A program made the translations under genes and the position numbers. A DNA stretch of 64,000 bases, taken from NCBI GenBank assembly GCA_965226885.1, contig CBDDEL010000012.1, forward strand, positions 320,001 through 384,000, given 5' to 3'. How positions within the stretch are numbered: position 1 is the stretch's first letter; each line of letters opens with the position of its first letter. Under the pieces are notes generated by a model, which saw only the letters and a program-made list of their open reading frames with translations, was not told the DNA's origin and did not search any database. This DNA comes from Opitutales bacterium (GTDB taxonomy: Bacteria; Verrucomicrobiota; Verrucomicrobiia; Opitutales; UBA2987). Below, one piece after another: positions 20,366 to 31,632 of the stretch.

Positions 20366-21283
20366 ATGGCAAAAAAGAAAAAAGTAGGATTCGTCGGAAC
20401 CGGCCGCATGGGCGCAAATATGGCCCGGCGCCTTAAAGATTGCGGCTACCCCATCAGCGCGGTCTATGATGTCAACCGGGATGTGGCTGAAGCCCTGGCG
20501 GAGGAACTGGGTTGCCTGCACAGCCCAACCTTGGCGGGCGTGACAAAGGCCTCCGAGGTGGTCATCACAGTGGTGACGGATGACGGCGCCATGCGGAAAA
20601 TTTTTAAAGGAAAAAAGGACAACCTCTTGATGGGGGCGGGCCGCCGGGTCTTCATCAATTGCGCCACGGTTTCCCCTAAAATCCATATCGAGATCGAAAA
20701 GGTGGCTGGCCAGGCGCGCGCTTCGACCCTCGAAGGCTGCATGGCTTCCAGCATAACGCAGGCACGCGATGGCACACTCTACCTTATGGTGGGGGGGAAA
20801 AAGAAAACTTTCGAGCGGGTCAGAGGAATCCTCGAAGACCTCAGCTCCAAGATGCGTCATATCGGCCCGGCGGGAAAAGCGGCCGAGGTCAAAGCCTTGG
20901 TCAACATGGTCATGAATATCAATACGGCGGGATTGGCCGAAGGGTTGGGCCTGGGCGCTGCTTTGGGTCTGGACCTGTCTTTGCTGCAGGAAGTTTTTGC
21001 GCAAACGGGCGCCAATTCGCGGGTGCTGGAAACGGATGGCGAAGATATGCAGGTGCGCGATCACGAATGCTATTTTTCGTCCGCCCACGCCGCCAAGGAT
21101 TCCGGCATCGCGGCGGCTTTGGCGCGCAAACACCGTCTCAAACTTCCTCTCAACGATGCCACCAAGGCGCAATACGACCGCATGATTGAGGAAGGGCTGG
21201 GCGAACTCGATAAATCGGGCATTGCCGAGCTTACCTTCAAAGGCCGTCACAAGGCCCGTCGGAGAAAGAAAAAAGCAAAGTAG
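20366..21283 (+). CDS. NAD(P)-dependent oxidoreductase, 3-hydroxyisobutyrate dehydrogenase family
   Basis: VGFVGTGRMGANMA, KALVNM and HAAKD. Confidence 0.88.
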   Translation: MAKKKKVGFVGTGRMGANMARRLKDCGYPISAVYDVNRDVAEALAEELGCLHSPTLAGVTKASEVVITVVTDDGAMRKIFKGKKDNLLMGAGRRVFINCATVSPKIHIEIEKVAGQARASTLEGCMASSITQARDGTLYLMVGGKKKTFERVRGILEDLSSKMRHIGPAGKAAEVKALVNMVMNINTAGLAEGLGLGAALGLDLSLLQEVFAQTGANSRVLETDGEDMQVRDHECYFSSAHAAKDSGIAAALARKHRLKLPLNDATKAQYDRMIEEGLGELDKSGIAELTFKGRHKARRRKKKAK

Positions 21284-21328
21284 GATTTTTCCTTATTTTA
21301 ATTCGTATTCCACCAACTTCAATATGGT

Positions 21329-22570
21329 ATGAAGATTCGGGCTTTTCAGGGTCTCAGACCGGCCCGGTCCGTGGTGGAAAAAGTCGCCTCGCCCCCCTAC
21401 GACGTGGTCACCGTGGAGGAGGTCCGGGCAATCGTGACGGACAATCCTCTCAGCATGTTGCGGGTCGTTCGGGCCGAGGGCGATTTGGAGGCAGGCATCC
21501 AACCCTACTCGGACCGCGTTTATAAGCAGGCGGTGGAAAATCTCCTCAAATTGCAGTCGAAGGGACATTTGATCCGGGAAACCGAACCTTCCCTCTACCT
21601 CTACCAGTTGGAAACGGGCCAACACCGGCAGAGGGGAGTGGCCGCCCTCTGCCACCTGGAAGATTATGAAAATGGCCTGATTAAACTTCACGAAGGCACT
21701 CGCAAAGAGAAGGAGGATGACCGCACACGTCTGACCAGCGAATTGAGCGCCAACCCTGGGCCAGTATTTCTGACCTATCGCGACGATGCCATTATCGATT
21801 CGCTGGTTGAGGAAATTTCGCAAAAAGAGCCGTTGTATGATTTCACAGTTTCCGACGGCGTCCGACACACCCTTTGGAAGATCCCGTCCAGGGAACCCCT
21901 CGTGGAAGCCTTCCATGAGACACCCTGTTTTTATGTGGCGGACGGGCATCACCGTAGCGCCAGCGCCGCCCGGGTGGCTAAGGAAAGGCGCTCCGCCAAC
22001 CCGAATCCAACCGGCAATGAGGACTACAACTGGTTCCTTTGTGTGCTTTTTCCAGCCTCTCAATTAAAGATTTTGGCTTACAATCGCGTTGTCAGCGACT
22101 TGAACGGCCAGAATTCCTGTGAATTTCTGGAAAATGTGCGGGCCGCGTTGCCGGTTGCAGAAGATGTTTCCCCCACCCCCGAAGACCCCGGTGAAGTGAG
22201 CATGTATCTGGACGGCCGATGGCATTGCCTCAAGCTGGCTGCCGATCCCGACAGCGGGCCGGTGGAACGGCTCGATATCAGCGTATTACAAGAAAAAGTG
22301 TTTCGCCCTATTTTAGGCATCGAAAATCAGAAAACAAGCGAGCGGATTGAATTCGTAGGCGGCATCCGCGGTCCCGATGACCTGAAAAAGAGGGTCGATA
22401 GCGGCCGGGGAATGGTCGCATTTTCCCTTTATCCGGTGACCATTGAGCAGCTCCTGGAAATTGCCGATTCCGGCCGCAACATGCCGCCCAAATCAACCTG
22501 GTTTGAGCCCAAACTGCGCTCCGGCCTCTTTATCCACACCTTCGAGCCTCAGGCTGGGCATGGACCCTAA
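21329..22570 (+). CDS. DUF1015 family protein
   Basis: PPYDV, YVADGHHR and MPPKSTWFEPKLRSGL. Confidence 0.92.
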   Translation: MKIRAFQGLRPARSVVEKVASPPYDVVTVEEVRAIVTDNPLSMLRVVRAEGDLEAGIQPYSDRVYKQAVENLLKLQSKGHLIRETEPSLYLYQLETGQHRQRGVAALCHLEDYENGLIKLHEGTRKEKEDDRTRLTSELSANPGPVFLTYRDDAIIDSLVEEISQKEPLYDFTVSDGVRHTLWKIPSREPLVEAFHETPCFYVADGHHRSASAARVAKERRSANPNPTGNEDYNWFLCVLFPASQLKILAYNRVVSDLNGQNSCEFLENVRAALPVAEDVSPTPEDPGEVSMYLDGRWHCLKLAADPDSGPVERLDISVLQEKVFRPILGIENQKTSERIEFVGGIRGPDDLKKRVDSGRGMVAFSLYPVTIEQLLEIADSGRNMPPKSTWFEPKLRSGLFIHTFEPQAGHGP

Positions 22571-22584
22571 AGACTTTTATCGAA

Positions 22585-22830
22585 TCAGCGTCGGCGGCTG
22601 AATTTGCTGCGGAATTTCTCCACCCGGCCAGCCGTATCGACGAAGCGTTTCTCTCCCGTATATGCCGGATGGGAGTCACTGGTGACGTCCCGCACCACGA
22701 TGTAATAATCCACACCGTCAATGGTTTCCGTCTTTTTCGACTTCATGGCGGCGCGGGTGAGAAACCTCTTGTTGGTGGATACGTCCACGAAACAAACAGG
22801 ATACAACTGCGGATGGAGGCCTTTTTTCAT
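22585..22830 (-). CDS. rpmE2: 50S ribosomal protein L31 type B
   Basis: MKKGLHP...SDSHPAYTGEKRFVDTAGRVEKF; 81 aa, no Zn-ribbon CxxC motifs; start ATG 22830. Confidence 0.93.
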   Translation of the reverse strand: MKKGLHPQLYPVCFVDVSTNKRFLTRAAMKSKKTETIDGVDYYIVVRDVTSDSHPAYTGEKRFVDTAGRVEKFRSKFSRRR

Positions 22831-22850
22831 TTTTAAACAAAGCAGACTTT

Positions 22851-22976
22851 TCAGCCCTGGCGGGCTTTGAAGCGGGGATTGGTTTTGCAAATGACATAAA
22901 TCCGGCCCTTGCGGCGCACCACCTGGCAATCCGGATGCCGGTTTTTCAATGTCTTTATGGAGGATACAACTTTCAT
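22851..22976 (-). CDS. rpmJ2: 50S ribosomal protein L36 type B (ykgO-like)
   Basis: Manual translation, below the ORF-track length cutoff: [41 protein letters not shown]. Confidence 0.95.
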   Translation of the reverse strand: MKVVSSIKTLKNRHPDCQVVRRKGRIYVICKTNPRFKARQG

Positions 22977-23106
22977 ATAAGGGAAAAGGGAAAATTTAAA
23001 GTGAGCCGCGCAGAAAAAGCAAAATCAGCGCCCGTGTCAATGGTAATTCATAAAATTCGACTTCAATGGATGCGACATAAATTTAAGTAATTTTTGATAA
23101 TGAAAT

Positions 23107-24264
23107 TCAAATCCCGCTGAGATTGTGCAGGATATCGATCAAGGGAAGGAAGAGAGCTATGATGAGAGCGCCTATGACGAGGGCCAATAATAGAATCATG
23201 AGGGGTTCCAGGAGCGAGGTGAGAGCGGTGATTGTGTGATCGACCTCTTCGTCATAACTGTCGGCTATGCGTAATAGCATAGGATCGAGTTGACCGGTTT
23301 CCTCTCCCACTTCCACCAACCCGGTAACCAGGTCCGGAAAAACACCGCTACGCCGGAGGGGCCCGGTCAATCCCTCGCCGTCGCGGACTTGTAATGCGAC
23401 ATTGCCGAGCGCTTTCTCGATATGGTTGTTGCCGACCACCTTGCGGGTAATTTCGAGTGCCGCCAGAATGGCTACGCCGCTGGATAAAAGTACGCCGAAG
23501 GTGCGGGCAAACCGGGCAATGGAAATCTTCAGCAATAGGTCCCCGATTTTCGGCAAACCGAGATAAATTCGATCAATGAAAAGCGCCCCCGGCCTGGTTC
23601 TGCGCACCCATCGGTAAAAAAGGCCCAATAGGACAATCCCTGCAATGACGACCCACCACCGGTCTTTGGCCAATAGACTCAAATCGATGACAAACTGTGT
23701 GAGAGGCGGCAGGGGCGCTCCGCCATGCAGGCCGTCGAAAACAGCTCGAAAATTCGGGATGACAAACACCAAAAGCATTCCCACGATGATCCCCGCCGTG
23801 AGAAGAACGATGATTGGATAATAAAGGGCGGCGGCTATCTTTTTGCGGGTTTGTAGGTTTTTTTCCCTGTAACGGGCAAGGCGCAGCAAAATGAGGTCCA
23901 ACGCTCCACTGGTTTCTCCGGCGCGAACCATGTTGACGGTAAGCTGGTCAAAAATTTCCGGAAATCGGGATAATCCGTAGGAAAGAGTATTTCCGCCCCG
24001 GATATTATCCGCCAGGGAGCGAATTACATGGTGAAAATATTTGCTTTTTTCCTGGCGCAGGAGGATTTCGAGGGCTTTCAAAAGCGGCAACCCCGAATTG
24101 ATCATCGTGGCGAGTTGCCGAATGAAAACTGTCAACTTAGTAGAAGGGACAGACCGATTCCACCAATGGCACCCGGACGGAATAATAACTTCGTACGTAG
24201 AAGGTTTTGGGTCCTCTTCCGGTGGCCACTTTTGGTGTGCGGTATCCATGTTGGGTTGGCCCAT
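23107..24264 (-). CDS. pilC: Type II secretion system F / type IV pilus platform protein
   Basis: FIRQLATMINSGLPL, AGETSG, VGEETG and LLEP; two GspF repeats. Confidence 0.88.
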   Translation of the reverse strand: MGQPNMDTAHQKWPPEEDPKPSTYEVIIPSGCHWWNRSVPSTKLTVFIRQLATMINSGLPLLKALEILLRQEKSKYFHHVIRSLADNIRGGNTLSYGLSRFPEIFDQLTVNMVRAGETSGALDLILLRLARYREKNLQTRKKIAAALYYPIIVLLTAGIIVGMLLVFVIPNFRAVFDGLHGGAPLPPLTQFVIDLSLLAKDRWWVVIAGIVLLGLFYRWVRRTRPGALFIDRIYLGLPKIGDLLLKISIARFARTFGVLLSSGVAILAALEITRKVVGNNHIEKALGNVALQVRDGEGLTGPLRRSGVFPDLVTGLVEVGEETGQLDPMLLRIADSYDEEVDHTITALTSLLEPLMILLLALVIGALIIALFLPLIDILHNLSGI

Positions 24265-25989
24265 TCAAGTATATTTTAAAACCTCTTCAACGGTGGTGAG
24301 GCCTTCGCTGATGGCCCTCAAGCCGTCCTCCCGCAAAGTCTTCATGCCTTCTTGGCGAGCCCTTTTTTCGAGGTCGTGGGCGGAGGTTTTCCGGACCATC
24401 ATTTCCCTCAATGGCTCACTCAGGACAAGCATTTCAAAAAGCGCGATACGTCCCAGGAATCCTTCGCCCCGGCAACTATCGCATCCCGTTCCGGCAAAAA
24501 CCCCGCCATTTTCGCTGGTGACCGTGACCGTGGCTGGGCTCAAGTCAAGTAGCTCCATGAGATCGGGGGGTGGTGTCAGAGGCCGGCGGCAGTTATCGCA
24601 AATCCGCCTCAGCAGGCGCTGGGCGAGGACGGAATCGAGGGTCGCGGCCAGGAGATAGGGTTCCAGCCCCATGTCAACGAGGCGGGTGACGGCCCCCGGT
24701 GCGTTGTTGGTATGCAAGGTGGTGAGCACCAAATGACCGGTTAGGGAAGCCTGCACGGCGATGCTGGCCGTTTCCAGGTCGCGGATTTCCCCCACCAATA
24801 TTTTATCGGGATCGTGCCGCAGGAAAGATCGCAGAGCGCGGGAAAATGTTAGATTGATCTGCGGGTTGACGGCGACTTGCATGATGCCATCGATTTCGTA
24901 TTCGACGGGATCTTCTATGGTCAGGATTTTATTGTCCGGGCTGTTGATTTCACGCAGCACGCTGTAAAGGGTGGTGGTTTTTCCGCAGCCGGTCGGACCG
25001 GTGACAATAAAAAGCCCGTGGGGAAGCCGGGCTATCCGCCGTAGCTGCAAGACCAATGCTGGCGGCAGGTTGAGGCGGTCCAGGTCGAGGCTGACGTTTG
25101 ATTTGTCGAGGATGCGCAAAACGACGCTTTCACCGAAAGGTGTGGGCAATGTGGAGACCCGCAAGTCCACCGGCCGTCCGGCCAGGGTGATGCGTATGCG
25201 CCCATCCTGGGGAATCCTGTTTTCCGCCAAGTTGAGATTGGCCATGACTTTGAGGCGCGCTGTAACCGACTGAACCAGATGCCGGGGTGGTGGAGGCATC
25301 TCGCTCAAGGCGCCATCGACACGGCAACGGATGCGGAATCGATCTTCATAAGGTTCAAAATGTATATCGGAAGCCATCTTCTCGACGGCCTGGGTGAGGA
25401 CAAGCTCGACGAAGCGGATGACAGGAGAATTTTCCGAAATTGCGCTGTCGCCCTCGTCAAGTCCGTTTCTCTGATCAAGGCTCAATGATTCGGATGCGGA
25501 CTCTGATGCCAACTCGGCGAGGATTTCATCCAGAGAAGCCGAATCCTCTTCGCCATCGCCATAAACCAAGCGCAGCCAACGGCTCACGATATCGGGATCG
25601 CAGACCACCATGCGGATATCCTTTTGGAGGGTAAAGGTGAGGTCTTCGACGATTTGGCTGTTAAAGGGATCGCGGGCCGCTAGATGGACCGAAGACCCTT
25701 CCACCCGAAGTGGAACGACCGCATATTTACGCGCTATTTCCGGTTTCAGGAGGCGGCAAACGCTTTCATCGGGCGCCGCCGGGGGGTCGTCTAGATAATC
25801 GCACTGCAAATAACGGGCAATGATTTCCAGTAATCGCTTGCGGCCCATTTTCCCCGACTGGAGAATGACATCGGCCAGTGATTTTCGGGATTGCCTGCTC
25901 TGGCGGACGAATGCTTCCAACTTCTCGGCAGAAAGAAGGTTCGAGGCGAACACTGCATCGTGAATCGAGGCATTATGGTCCTCAAACAT
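24265..25989 (-). CDS. GspE/PilB family assembly ATPase (copy 1)
   Basis: ASDIHFEP, PQDGRI, GPTGCGKTTTLY, LRHDPD and CxxC...CxxC. Confidence 0.92.
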   Translation of the reverse strand: MFEDHNASIHDAVFASNLLSAEKLEAFVRQSRQSRKSLADVILQSGKMGRKRLLEIIARYLQCDYLDDPPAAPDESVCRLLKPEIARKYAVVPLRVEGSSVHLAARDPFNSQIVEDLTFTLQKDIRMVVCDPDIVSRWLRLVYGDGEEDSASLDEILAELASESASESLSLDQRNGLDEGDSAISENSPVIRFVELVLTQAVEKMASDIHFEPYEDRFRIRCRVDGALSEMPPPPRHLVQSVTARLKVMANLNLAENRIPQDGRIRITLAGRPVDLRVSTLPTPFGESVVLRILDKSNVSLDLDRLNLPPALVLQLRRIARLPHGLFIVTGPTGCGKTTTLYSVLREINSPDNKILTIEDPVEYEIDGIMQVAVNPQINLTFSRALRSFLRHDPDKILVGEIRDLETASIAVQASLTGHLVLTTLHTNNAPGAVTRLVDMGLEPYLLAATLDSVLAQRLLRRICDNCRRPLTPPPDLMELLDLSPATVTVTSENGGVFAGTGCDSCRGEGFLGRIALFEMLVLSEPLREMMVRKTSAHDLEKRARQEGMKTLREDGLRAISEGLTTVEEVLKYT

Positions 25990-26031
25990 GCTGTCGGCAG
26001 GGAGGGATTAAACAACTTCTTGAAGAGATAA

Positions 26032-27117
26032 TCAGTCCAATACGGGAAGCTCGGCTCCAGCCGCCAAGAGGCTTTCTTTCATGGTCGCGGAATCTTGGGC
26101 TTTTTCGAGGGCTTCCTCGGCGTAGATTAAATCCCGATTGACCAGACTCATGAGATGGGCATCGAGGGAGATCATGCCCAAACCCGCTCCGGTCTGGATA
26201 TCGGATGGAATGCGGTAGGTCTTATTTTCCCGTATGAGGGCCTGGATGGAGGTGGTGGCAATCATGATTTCGTAACCGGCAATGCGCCCCTCGCCGACTT
26301 TCTTGCAAAGCACCTGGGAAATAACGGCCACAATACCGGCGGCCAGCTGGGTTCGAATCTGGTCTTTGGAATTGGCCGGGAAGGCATCGACAATGCGATC
26401 AACCGTGCGGGCTGCGCCGGTGGTATGCAAGGTGCCGAAGACCAGGTGGCCCGTTTCCGCTGCGCTGACGGCTGCCTCAATGGTTTCCAGGTCACGCATT
26501 TCCCCCACCAGAATGACGTCCGGATCCTGGCGCAACGCGCCGTGGATGGCACCAGAGAAGGATTGTACATCGATCCCTACCTCCCTTTGCGTAACGATGC
26601 ATCTTTTGTGATCATGGTAATACTCGATCGGTTCCTCAATAGTGATAATATGGCCATCGCGGTTTTCATTGATCCAGTTGATCATGGAAGCAAGAGTCGT
26701 CGATTTGCCAGAACCGGTCGGACCGGTGACCAGGAAGAGGCCTCGAGGCCGGCAGAGCAGTTCCTTTATTTTCTCAGGCAGCCCGACCTCGCGCAAACCG
26801 AACATTTTGTTGGGAATTTGCCGCAGTACTATGCCGTAATTGCCTTTCGATTTGAGAACGCTGACGCGGAACCTGGCCTTGCCCATAAAAGCGAAGCCGA
26901 AGTCGGTTCCACCTACGGTTTTTGCTTTCTCCTGGTGGGCTTCGGAGGCAATCGACTTCATCAGGTCCTCGGTGTCGATAGGCTCCAGTTTCGGACCGTC
27001 AACAGGCGTCATGGTGCCTGACAATCGCAATGTAGGGGGCTGCCCCACCTGTATGTGCAAATCGGATGCGCCCGAATCCACCATTAAATCCAACAATTCA
27101 TTCATTTCATAGCTCAT
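26032..27117 (-). CDS. pilT: Type IV pilus retraction ATPase
   Basis: [46 protein letters not shown] and ALIRE. Confidence 0.94.
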   Translation of the reverse strand: MSYEMNELLDLMVDSGASDLHIQVGQPPTLRLSGTMTPVDGPKLEPIDTEDLMKSIASEAHQEKAKTVGGTDFGFAFMGKARFRVSVLKSKGNYGIVLRQIPNKMFGLREVGLPEKIKELLCRPRGLFLVTGPTGSGKSTTLASMINWINENRDGHIITIEEPIEYYHDHKRCIVTQREVGIDVQSFSGAIHGALRQDPDVILVGEMRDLETIEAAVSAAETGHLVFGTLHTTGAARTVDRIVDAFPANSKDQIRTQLAAGIVAVISQVLCKKVGEGRIAGYEIMIATTSIQALIRENKTYRIPSDIQTGAGLGMISLDAHLMSLVNRDLIYAEEALEKAQDSATMKESLLAAGAELPVLD

Positions 27118-27176
27118 GGTGTCTCCTCCAATTAAAGTTTCGCTACAGGTTTAAATGTCGAAGGTTGGATGCGGAG

Positions 27177-28943
27177 TCAAACCCGAAAGACGCCCAAGGC
27201 ATCTTCTTGGCCCGCACCCACCGTCAAGGCGAGGACTTCTTCGATCGTGGTAAGGCCACGGGAAGCCTTTTCCATCCCGTCTTGCCAAAGAGTTTGCAGA
27301 CCCGATTGGCCGGCCGCGGCACGAATTTCGGTCAAGGACGCCTGCTGGTAAATCAATTGTCTGAGAGCTTCATCAATCTCCAGAATTTCAAAAATTGCGG
27401 TGCGCCCGGCATAACCGCAGCCGGAACAATGGTCGCAACCGGGGCCAAGGGCATAAGGAATCCGGCCCGCCTCCTCGATTCCGGCAAACTCTTCGGTCTT
27501 TTTAAACGGTTCGCGGCAATCGCGGCACAGCAGCCTGACCAATCTTTGGGCGAGCACGGCACGAAGGCAAGCCGAGAGCAGAAAGGGCTTGATCCCAATA
27601 TCGGCAAGACGGGAAATAGCGGCCGCCGAATCGTTGGTATGCAGGGTGCTGAAAACAAGGTGCCCGGTGAGGGACGCATGGACGGCGATTTCCGCTGTTT
27701 CCAAATCACGGATTTCTCCAATCATGATGATATTCGGGGCTTGCCGGAGGATGGAACGCAGGGCGGCGGCAAAATCCAGGCCGACCTCGCGCTTCACCTG
27801 CACCTGATTGATGCCGCTGAGTTGGTATTCCACCGGCTCCTCGACGGTGATGATCTTACGGTCCGGATGGTTGATGGAATGAAGAAAGGAATAAAGGGTG
27901 GTGGTTTTGCCCGAACCGGTCGGGCCGGTGACCAAAATCATGCCATCGGTAAGGGCGAGGAGTTGCTTTACTTTAGGCAAATCCCCGGTTTGAAAACCCA
28001 GACGGGATAAATCGAGGCGCAAATTCGCCTTGTCCAGGATTCTCATCACGACGCTCTCCCCGTGGGCGGTGGGAAGGGTCGAAACGCGCAAATCGATTTC
28101 ATCGGAACCGGAAGATATAAGAATGCGCCCATCCTGCGGGAGCCGTTTTTCGGATATGCTGATGTCGGCCATTAATTTGAGCCGCGAGATGATGGCCGAT
28201 TGCAGGCGTTTGGGCGGACATTGAATCTCGCGCAAAACGCCGTCGATACGGAAACGAATGCGGAAAAGCTTCTCGAGGGGTTCCAGGTGGATATCGGAAG
28301 CGCCCATCTGGAGGGCTTTGCCGATGAGCCATTGTACGAATTCGCCAATCGGCGCTTCCTCCTCGTGGAGTTTCCGGTTTTCTCTGGAAAAGTCGACCCG
28401 GCTGGTCGGGATTCGCCCAAAATTGAAGTTGGTCTGAGGGTATGCCGAGAAAGGAGTCGAAGTTTTTTCGATTCCCTTGTCATTGTCATAGAACCCGGCA
28501 ATGGCTTGCCCGATATCCTCGGGCCAGGCCAGCTTTGCCTCTACCGGCATTCCCAATAGGTGGCTGAGATCATCTAGGACGTCCAGGTTGCAGGGGTTGA
28601 CGGTGGCCAGTTGCAGGCATTGTCCCTCGAAACTGAGAGGAAATACTCCATAGCGTTCGGCCACGTCTCTATCGATTTTTTCCAGAACTCCGGGTTGAGG
28701 CTTGAGGTCGGCCAGGGAAACGCTTTCCCATTGGAATTCCCGGGCCAGCGCATCGAGGATTTTCCGCCGGTCTGCCGGATGGCGATTGACTAATTTGTCG
28801 AACAAAGGGGCGATGTCCTCATCCCCTAAATTTTCAGGGGCCGGCTCCATGCGGGATGTATTTACCATGACGGCCAGGGCATCGCGGGAATCTACCCCTC
28901 TATCGTGGAGAAGCTGCCTGATATATTGGCCGGTGGTTTTCAT
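27177..28943 (-). CDS. GspE/PilB family assembly ATPase (copy 2)
   Basis: ASDIHLEP, RLPQDGRI, GPTGSGKTTTLY and LRQAPNIIMIGEIRD; start taken at MKTTGQ. Confidence 0.92.
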   Translation of the reverse strand: MKTTGQYIRQLLHDRGVDSRDALAVMVNTSRMEPAPENLGDEDIAPLFDKLVNRHPADRRKILDALAREFQWESVSLADLKPQPGVLEKIDRDVAERYGVFPLSFEGQCLQLATVNPCNLDVLDDLSHLLGMPVEAKLAWPEDIGQAIAGFYDNDKGIEKTSTPFSAYPQTNFNFGRIPTSRVDFSRENRKLHEEEAPIGEFVQWLIGKALQMGASDIHLEPLEKLFRIRFRIDGVLREIQCPPKRLQSAIISRLKLMADISISEKRLPQDGRILISSGSDEIDLRVSTLPTAHGESVVMRILDKANLRLDLSRLGFQTGDLPKVKQLLALTDGMILVTGPTGSGKTTTLYSFLHSINHPDRKIITVEEPVEYQLSGINQVQVKREVGLDFAAALRSILRQAPNIIMIGEIRDLETAEIAVHASLTGHLVFSTLHTNDSAAAISRLADIGIKPFLLSACLRAVLAQRLVRLLCRDCREPFKKTEEFAGIEEAGRIPYALGPGCDHCSGCGYAGRTAIFEILEIDEALRQLIYQQASLTEIRAAAGQSGLQTLWQDGMEKASRGLTTIEEVLALTVGAGQEDALGVFRV

Positions 28944-29002
28944 GGATAGAGGCCAACGGGCCGGGGAAAAGACCACATCTTGTCCCGGAACTGAAAAATG
29001 TT

Positions 29003-30730
29003 TTACCGGTTCAAGCCCATCAAAAATTCGGCGTTGGATTTCGTTTTCTTGACCCGCTGGATTAACAACTCCATTGCCTCGGGAGAAGGGACGCCTCTCA
29101 TGGCTCGCCGGAGGGAATAAATTTTGTTCATTTCGTCCGGGTGGTAAAGTAATTCCTCCTTGCGAGTGCCGCTCTGTTCCAGATTGATGGCCGGATAAAT
29201 GCGCTTGTCCACGAGAGCGCGGTCAAGGTGCAGTTCCATATTTCCGGTGCCTTTGAATTCCTCAAAAATAACCTCGTCCATGCGGCTGCCGGTATCGATC
29301 AAAGCCGTGGCCAGGATGGTCAGACTGCCGCCATCTTCGATATTGCGGGCGGAGCCGAAAAAACGCTTCGGTTTTTGCAGCGCGCTGGCTTCAACTCCGC
29401 CGGAAAGGATTTTTCCACTGCTGGGCATGGTCGTATTGTAAGCGCGGGCCAGCCTGGTGATGGAATCGAGCAATATGACGACATCGCGCCCGTCCTCAAC
29501 CATCCGGCGCGATTTCTCGATCACTATTTCGGCGGCATGGACATGGCTTTCGGCCGACTGGTCGAAGGTGGAACTGACAACCTCGCCGATTACCTGTCGC
29601 TGGAAATCGGTGACTTCCTCCGGCCTTTCGTCCACCAGCAGGACAATGAGATGGGCCTCCGGGTAATTGCGGGCGATGGAATTGGCGATGCATTGCAGGA
29701 TGACGGTTTTTCCTGTGCGGGGCGGCGACACAATGAGACCGCGCTGGCCAAACCCGATGGGGGTGAGCATATCCACCACTCGCATAGAAAGATTGTCCCA
29801 GGAAACATCCGGAGCGGTTTCCAAAAGCATGCGTTTGAGCGGATAATAGGGAACCAAATCTTCAAAGGGTTCGACCTTGGAGTCTTCCTCCAGAGGGTGT
29901 CCCATGAGGGAATTGAGGCGAACAACAAAGGGACATGTTTCGCCCGGCCGATGAGGATGCACCTGGGCCTGCACCCAATGACCGCGGAAAAGCCCGTATT
30001 TACGGATCAGGGAGGCAGGCACAAAGGCGTTCTGGGGTTTTATTTTATAGTTGTCGGTTTCAAAAACGAGAAGCCCGTAGCCATCCTGGGTGGTTTCCAG
30101 AGCGCCCTCCATATAAACGGGGATTTTTTGTTCGAAGCATCGATCGATAACTTTATCCACCAACTGGCTGCGATTGGGCGCCGAATTCCATTCAACACCG
30201 AGAGCGCGAACCTCTTCGACCAGTTGAGTCAGGGGCATAGCCATGAGCGGGTTGAGCGATACAGGCTCTCCCCCGCCGGAGATTTCCTGGCACAATTTAG
30301 CCATTTCCGTCAAATCTTCGAGGGGCTCAAAATGGGGTAACTCCCCGACGTTCAAAGAGGGCCCCTTGATCGTTCCGTAAAAATCATTGCGTCCGCGCCC
30401 GGGTGCGAATTTTTTCTTCTTTTTGGGAAAAGGCCGCTGGGCGGATTTCTTTTTCGGGTATTTATTTTTAAAATTCTGATTATTGGAGCGGTTTCCCTTT
30501 TGGTATTTATTGCGGTCCTTGCCGGCCTGTTTTCCCCGATAAGATTGCGATCTCTGTTCGGAGCCCTCCTCTTCGGCAATTTCCCCGGAAGGCGTTTTAT
30601 CCGATTCCACTGTGGCAGGCGAGGCAGCCCCACCGGGCAACTCCTCCTTTGCTTTTGGCAAATCGGGGGATTTATTTTCGACGGCGGCGACGGATGGGCC
30701 GGAGGTTTCCAGTTTATCTGATTCGGACAT
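29003..30730 (-). CDS. rho: Transcription termination factor Rho with N-terminal low-complexity extension
   Basis: [39 protein letters not shown] and [15 protein letters not shown]. Confidence 0.97.
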   Translation of the reverse strand: MSESDKLETSGPSVAAVENKSPDLPKAKEELPGGAASPATVESDKTPSGEIAEEEGSEQRSQSYRGKQAGKDRNKYQKGNRSNNQNFKNKYPKKKSAQRPFPKKKKKFAPGRGRNDFYGTIKGPSLNVGELPHFEPLEDLTEMAKLCQEISGGGEPVSLNPLMAMPLTQLVEEVRALGVEWNSAPNRSQLVDKVIDRCFEQKIPVYMEGALETTQDGYGLLVFETDNYKIKPQNAFVPASLIRKYGLFRGHWVQAQVHPHRPGETCPFVVRLNSLMGHPLEEDSKVEPFEDLVPYYPLKRMLLETAPDVSWDNLSMRVVDMLTPIGFGQRGLIVSPPRTGKTVILQCIANSIARNYPEAHLIVLLVDERPEEVTDFQRQVIGEVVSSTFDQSAESHVHAAEIVIEKSRRMVEDGRDVVILLDSITRLARAYNTTMPSSGKILSGGVEASALQKPKRFFGSARNIEDGGSLTILATALIDTGSRMDEVIFEEFKGTGNMELHLDRALVDKRIYPAINLEQSGTRKEELLYHPDEMNKIYSLRRAMRGVPSPEAMELLIQRVKKTKSNAEFLMGLNR

Positions 30731-30801
30731 ATTGGCGACCGCTTGGGCTGGCGGGGGCGGAAATACCGGCCCGCGGACCAGCTGCCTGCGGCATTGATTA
30801 A

Positions 30802-31386
30802 TTAATTTCTGTTGATTTGTTGGCGGAGCAGCAAAACCTGATTGCGCAGGAACTCTTTCGAGCCGTTGTTGGAGATCACGTAATCAGCGCGCTTAACCTT
30901 GTCAGGAAGGGACAGTTGGAGGGCATTTCTGGCAAAAAATTGCTCTTTGCTCAGGCCCTTGGCCCTGGACCTGCGTAATTGCACGGCAAGGCTCGCTGAT
31001 ATACAAACAGTTAAATGAAAATGTTTTTCAAGCTTTTTTTCAAAAAGGAGAGGAATTTCAACAACACAAAGCGATCCTGAATGCCTGTCCAGGCGGGACT
31101 CCCAATCTTTTTTCACCAGGGGGTGTAATAGATTTTCCAGCCAAAGCCGGTGAGGAGTTTGAGCAAATACGATACGGGAAAGAAAAGCTCTGTCAACTGT
31201 TCCTTTTTGATCGATGACCGATGAGCCGTAGCGCTCCAGCAGGGCCTTCTGCACAACGGGATCGCCATCGAGCAGCTCCGCCACGATCCTGTCGCAATCG
31301 ATGCAGAGCGCTCCCGTTTCAGCCAGGATGCCAGCCGCTTCGGATTTGCCGCAGCCGATTCCTCCGGTCAGTCCAACCCGTAACAT
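30802..31386 (-). CDS. coaE: Dephospho-CoA kinase
   Basis: [24 protein letters not shown] and [10 protein letters not shown]. Confidence 0.95.
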   Translation of the reverse strand: MLRVGLTGGIGCGKSEAAGILAETGALCIDCDRIVAELLDGDPVVQKALLERYGSSVIDQKGTVDRAFLSRIVFAQTPHRLWLENLLHPLVKKDWESRLDRHSGSLCVVEIPLLFEKKLEKHFHLTVCISASLAVQLRRSRAKGLSKEQFFARNALQLSLPDKVKRADYVISNNGSKEFLRNQVLLLRQQINRN

Positions 31387-31632
31387 AGTGAATAATTAAG
31401 TATAGCAAGCGGGGTTAATTCTAAGAAAATCGCACTGTAGGCAGCTGTATTTTACCCTCAAAGCTTTCCTCTGAAAAATGGAGTTGCAGTGCGGGTTTAT
31501 CCTAGGGGCCAACAATGAGCGGTCAATGGGCAAATCGAGGGTGCTGAAAAATGCATTGCCTTTTCCACCTAAATCGTCATCATAGTCGAATACTACTACC
31601 GTTATCGAAATAGAGGATTATGGGAGATAGAA

